A DNA stretch of 64,000 nt from an uncultured Acidobacteriota bacterium. GTDB taxonomy: Bacteria; Acidobacteriota; JAQAZP01. A program made the position numbers and the translations under genes. Under the pieces are notes generated by a model, which had not been told where the DNA came from, made no database searches, and saw nothing but the letters and a program-made list of their open reading frames with translations. Positions 60,282-64,000 of the stretch are shown in pieces. Every line of letters starts with the position of its first letter. The first letter of the stretch is position 1. The stretch covers positions 1,056,001 to 1,120,000 of the forward strand of contig CAWIIB010000009.1 in the NCBI GenBank assembly GCA_963836075.1. Direction: 5' to 3'.

Positions 60282-60803
60282 TTACTTTTCCAGGCGGGCA
60301 CGGTAGAGCAGGAGATCGTCAGCCCCGAAGCAGCAGAAGGTCACCGATCCCGGCAGGTCATGGGAGGAGAGCCAATCCGTGACGGCGCTCACCGCGATGT
60401 CGCAGGCCTCTTCCTTGGGGTAGCCGTACACTCCGGTGGAGATGCAGGGGAAGGCGATGGTCTCGCAGCCGGCCTCGACAGCCAGGCGGAGCGATTCCAG
60501 GTAGCAGGAGCGGAGCAGTTCGGCTTCGCCCCGTCCGCCGCCACGGTAGACCGGGCCAACGGTGTGGATCACGTGCCTGGCCGGCAGGTTGTATCCACCG
60601 GTGATCCTGGCCTCGCCGGTGGGGCAGCCGCCGATGGTGCGGCACTGGGCAAGGAGACCGGGCCCGGCGGCCCGGTGGATGGCGCCGTCCACCCCGCCGC
60701 CGCCCAGCAGCGATCCATTGGCCGCATTGACAACGGCGTCAACGGAGAGCGTGGTGATGTCGGTTATGGCGACCTTCATCCGGGACGCGGACTCGTTGTT
60801 CAT
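60282..60803 (-). CDS. Macrodomain O-acetyl-ADP-ribose deacetylase (YmdB-like)
   Basis: [44 protein letters not shown]. Confidence 0.95.
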   Translation of the reverse strand: MNNESASRMKVAITDITTLSVDAVVNAANGSLLGGGGVDGAIHRAAGPGLLAQCRTIGGCPTGEARITGGYNLPARHVIHTVGPVYRGGGRGEAELLRSCYLESLRLAVEAGCETIAFPCISTGVYGYPKEEACDIAVSAVTDWLSSHDLPGSVTFCCFGADDLLLYRARLEK

Positions 60804-61014
60804 CTGTGCCTCAAGTTGTTTTCAGTATGCCGCTGCTGTTCGTGGCATTCGCCCTCATCGCGTCCCGCAATACCGGCAGTGTCCGGCGATCTCATCTCCC
60901 ACGGGCGAAACCAATCATCATCGTTTTGATCATAAAAGATTGTCCCCAGCTTGGCTAATGATAATCGGGGGGGCCCAGGCCCCCCCATGCTACTGCTCAT
61001 CCTGTTGCTGCCTC

Positions 61015-62016
61015 CTACTTTTGGGCCGGGCCAAAGGAGGCCGGGCGGTGGGGGGAGAAGCCGGGGTGGTGCACCGCTGCGGGCGCGTTGGTAATGGCCG
61101 GGACATAGCCGAGCACCGGGACCGGAACGCCGTCACCGGGAGCGAGGCAGGTGCCCTTGTAGCAATACGCCGGCTGGATGAATTCTCCGCCGTTGTCGTG
61201 GAGCACCAGCTCGATGCTGTCCACGGTGATTCTGGCATCCGCGGCAAAGACGCGGGAGACGTCGGTCTTGATCATCTCCGGGAGACTGGCCGTGCTCACG
61301 GAGAGGCTGCGCGCAACCAGCTGACGGGAAGCCACTTCACGCCAGTGATACTGCAGGCCCACCAGACCGGGGCCGTCTCCGAAGGTCAGGGTGATCGAGG
61401 ATCCATAGTTCATCACTCTGAGGCCGTCCAGCTCGCGGTAGAGGTAGACCACCACCGCTTTCTGCTCGGGTTCGTAGCTAGTGAGCGGGTCGGCCAGGGC
61501 CTGCATGATCCCGCCCACGTGATCGACCTTCAGCTCCTCGGCGTTGACCGGCATCAGGTCCGACATGCGCAGGAAATCGAAGCTGCGGTCCAGGGCCTCC
61601 TTGTCGTCGGGCAGGGGGCCGGTGGGTTCGGCCAGCTTGAGGGCCGGGAAATCGGTGAAGTAGAGTTCGGTGCCGTCCTCGCGGATGCTCACCTGCAGCG
61701 TGTCGTCGGCGTAGGCCAGGCGGTCTTCGATCATCCGGAAACTGGTCAGCGGCAGCATCTCGTGGCCGGCGGCAAAAGTGGCCGCCCCCAGCTTGTCTGC
61801 TGCTTCAGCCGGGGTCAACGTGGGCTGCTCCATGCGGTAGATGTAGAGGCTGTCGGACGGCGTCTCGGCCGTGGCGTTGAAGGTGACCTCGGCGGCGGCC
61901 GCCGGCAGGGTAAGAGCCAATGCCAGGCCGATGATGGCCAGCACGCCGAGTGCAGTGCGGCAATTGGCTGATGTCCGGTTCGAGTGGTGGTTGGTCTTCA
62001 TTGTTCTGCTCCTCAT
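61015..62016 (-). CDS. Secreted protein, partner of the upstream peptidase-like gene (propeptide/YycI-like, tentative)
   Basis: Signal peptide ending AAAA; VYLYRELDGLRV, IELV..FIQPAY.Y.G pattern; co-oriented with 62062..62799. Confidence 0.55.
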   Translation of the reverse strand: MRSRTMKTNHHSNRTSANCRTALGVLAIIGLALALTLPAAAAEVTFNATAETPSDSLYIYRMEQPTLTPAEAADKLGAATFAAGHEMLPLTSFRMIEDRLAYADDTLQVSIREDGTELYFTDFPALKLAEPTGPLPDDKEALDRSFDFLRMSDLMPVNAEELKVDHVGGIMQALADPLTSYEPEQKAVVVYLYRELDGLRVMNYGSSITLTFGDGPGLVGLQYHWREVASRQLVARSLSVSTASLPEMIKTDVSRVFAADARITVDSIELVLHDNGGEFIQPAYCYKGTCLAPGDGVPVPVLGYVPAITNAPAAVHHPGFSPHRPASFGPAQK

Positions 62017-62061
62017 GTAATCCGTTCGGTTCGTCGGTCCTGGGCACCGATCCTTGGTGGA

Positions 62062-62799
62062 TCAATACTGATAGGTGATGTTCATCCAGCTCAGGTAATA
62101 CGGAGGATCCCCACCGGTGTTGTAGTAGGTATTGGTATGCGCACCGGGATAACTTCCCTGCGGGCTGGCCCAGACCACGGCGCACATGCCGGGGTAGACG
62201 CCCGAGCGGACCGAGTTGGCGGCATTGAACCAGGCGTCGATGTAGCGCTGGCCCACAAGCAGGTTCACGGCGTAGCGGTCTTCCACCCGCCCGTCATACC
62301 AGCCGGTGGTACGGAAGCTGAGGATCTGGTGCAGCCGGTGGAAGGTGCTCCACCAACCCGAGGCCCAGTCGCTGCGTTCGATGGGCGAGGGGACCACGCT
62401 GCAGGCGTCGATGGTCAGGCACTCCAGGTCCAGGTCGCCCAGGGAGACGCTGCCGCTGGCGAAATTCACCGGGTCGCCCCAGTTCTCGTAGGTGGTGATG
62501 GAGAAGTTGCCGCCGTGACCGCTGAAGAACGCGGTGTCCATGGCGTCCAGGTAGCTGTTACCGTGGGTGGTGAAGAGCCAGGAGTAGGCATAGTAATACT
62601 GCTCGTAGCTGAAGTGCTTGATGAAGTTCCAGCACTCGTCGATTGCCCCCGTTTCGCTGCGGCAGGCGTAGGCGCCTTCTTCGATTGCCGGGGCACTGAT
62701 GGTGACCATGCAGAGCATGGCCAAGGCAAGCAGCACGGCTGCCATTTGTCCAAATCGTCCTTTTGTCCTGTTCATGTTCTTTGCTCCCTGTTCTGTCAT
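62062..62799 (-). CDS. Secreted DUF6345-like protein with a putative His/Cys dyad
   Basis: Signal peptide; FFSGHG, LGDLDLECLTIDACSVV, W..TFHRLHQILSF, DAWF. Confidence 0.65.
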   Translation of the reverse strand: MTEQGAKNMNRTKGRFGQMAAVLLALAMLCMVTISAPAIEEGAYACRSETGAIDECWNFIKHFSYEQYYYAYSWLFTTHGNSYLDAMDTAFFSGHGGNFSITTYENWGDPVNFASGSVSLGDLDLECLTIDACSVVPSPIERSDWASGWWSTFHRLHQILSFRTTGWYDGRVEDRYAVNLLVGQRYIDAWFNAANSVRSGVYPGMCAVVWASPQGSYPGAHTNTYYNTGGDPPYYLSWMNITYQY

Positions 62800-62882
62800 C
62801 CTGTTGTAACCGACACATCTACCGCCCGCTGCAGCAGGCAGAGCTTTCGGGATCGCTTCCCGCGGGTTCGGAATGAGTCAGT

Positions 62883-62898
62883 TCAAGAGGCGTGCCAA
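62883..62898 (-). promoter_or_regulatory. Sigma54-like promoter (-24/-12)
   Basis: Minus strand TTGGCAC-N5-TTGA (one mismatch to TTGC); palindrome GATCTTTT-TGC-AAAAGATC at 63002-63020 lies at enhancer distance. Confidence 0.55.
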
Positions 62899-63069
62899 CG
62901 CAGGGCAACCGGGAGGGTGTGGGGGGGCAACCGCTTTGATTGCCTGGGCTCGGGAGAGGGCAGGGCCTCTTGCACAAGGCAGGTCATTGAGGTGTGCCGC
63001 AGATCTTTTTGCAAAAGATCCTGCAGGGTGTTGTAAGAATGTCTGCCGAATTGAGGGAAGGAGGGGAAT

Positions 63070-63160
63070 CCCTCCCCGCCGTCCCGCAACGATTCATTGG
63101 CCGCGCTGACGATGGCATCCGGGGGCAGGGTTGTAAGGTCAGCCTGTACGACCTTCAATC
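63070..63160 (-). pseudogene. 5' remnant of a second macrodomain gene
   Basis: LKVVQADLTTLPPDAIVSAANESLRDGG, a degenerate version of the macrodomain N-terminal motif. Confidence 0.65.
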
Positions 63161-63214
63161 GGGGGGTTGGTGCTGCTGATCGCGTGTGCTGTCTGCAGGC
63201 TCGACAATCGGGCT

Positions 63215-64000
63215 TCAGGCCGACTTCCGGTCAGGAGAAATGCACCACATGAATGACTGGATATCGATCATGTCTCGTGGCTTCAGTTCGGAAATCGCGT
63301 CGGCAAGGTAGTGCGCCAGCTTGAGGACCGAACTGTAGGTGAGCCAGTTCAGCCTCGTCTTGTAGTTGATTTCAAATGCGCAGACGGCAGCCGCCTGCTG
63401 CGAAATCTTGGGCTTGACGAACATCTGAGTTTCAGGGAACAGCATGAACTGGAAGTAGGATGCCGTGGTCCACTTGGCGGCGCCGATTGTCTCCAGAACG
63501 CTGGCGAACGCCTTGAACCTGGCTTCCGGGCTCTCCTCGCCATACAGCGAATTTCTCAGTGCTTCGGCAAACAACGGAACGTGCTCCGGATCTTTCAGGC
63601 CATCCCGGAGAGACATCTTCTCATTGGGGAAGATGAGGTTGGTGGCGTTCGACACCTTCAATGCGGATTTGGCGATTTCATCAAAGTCGGACCGCTCCAG
63701 GCAGGCATCGAGAGTGTCCTTGGACAGGATATCCCGGGCCAACTCATGGGCTGCGACTTTGTACTCCCGTTCGGTGGAGATGTAATCGTCCCCCTGAAAG
63801 CCCTGGGGGAACAGTGAGAGAAACTTTGTCACCTGCTGGTCGAGGGTCTGGTATTTGATTTTTTTGGTCAGGCTGGCCTCGGACAGATTGTCCAGGACGG
63901 GATGCGACGCCTCAGCGCCTTCGATCTGTACCAGAGGTGCGTATTCAAGTGAGATCAGCTTTGCTCCCCCGCCAACGAAGAACACCTTCACATGATCCCC
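63215..64000 (-). CDS. Hypothetical protein (DUF3553-like N-terminus likely), 5' end beyond the window
   Basis: Open frame to the window edge; EREYKVAAH, KWTTASYF, MFVKP, LKPRDMIDIQSFMW. Confidence 0.6.
   Translation of the reverse strand, partial: GDHVKVFFVGGGAKLISLEYAPLVQIEGAEASHPVLDNLSEASLTKKIKYQTLDQQVTKFLSLFPQGFQGDDYISTEREYKVAAHELARDILSKDTLDACLERSDFDEIAKSALKVSNATNLIFPNEKMSLRDGLKDPEHVPLFAEALRNSLYGEESPEARFKAFASVLETIGAAKWTTASYFQFMLFPETQMFVKPKISQQAAAVCAFEINYKTRLNWLTYSSVLKLAHYLADAISELKPRDMIDIQSFMWCISPDRKSA

Noticed and set aside
63215-64000. Anti-phage defence or restriction gene
   Set aside because: Lower GC and a suggestive C-terminal motif, but no recognisable nuclease or ATPase motif in the visible part; the gene is cut by the window edge.

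Overview
GC-rich bacterial DNA. Oar-type TonB receptors, long secreted repeat proteins and GGGGAC/GTCCCC palindromes suggest an uncultured Acidobacteriota-like anaerobe or facultative organism (inference). Many single-base frameshifts split otherwise intact genes, mostly in the first 21 kb, and are probably long-read indels. The main result is a ~20 kb catabolic locus (870-20997): a secreted GH2 beta-galactosidase, GalK, a hydroxylysine-kinase/M23/phospho-lyase-like fusion, a secreted GH63-like alpha-glucosidase, an SSS sugar symporter, two paralogous TonB-dependent receptors, and HypD (4-hydroxyproline dehydratase) with its activase. Together these would process the collagen-specific residues Glc-a1,2-Gal-b-O-hydroxylysine and 4-hydroxyproline. 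A scarred 12 kb region follows (21-33 kb). It holds three IS91-like remnants sharing an oriIS-like end, acid-resistance-type cargo fragments, an rve transposase and a YtrA-ABC operon, and ends at an internally deleted copy of the hypD 3' end. The right half holds secreted and envelope genes, TrmB-DPP IV, an unannotated UxxC TlpA-like selenoprotein with a SECIS-like hairpin, PerR/Fur-katG, YtrA-SPFH, msrB, a macrodomain gene and a sigma54-type operon for a secreted His/Cys peptidase-like (DUF6345-like) protein and its partner. Also present: a candidate structured ncRNA, a family of REP-like palindromes and a shared 'DVT..PYNQPPYP..GD' C-terminal domain. No rRNA, tRNA or CRISPR array was seen.
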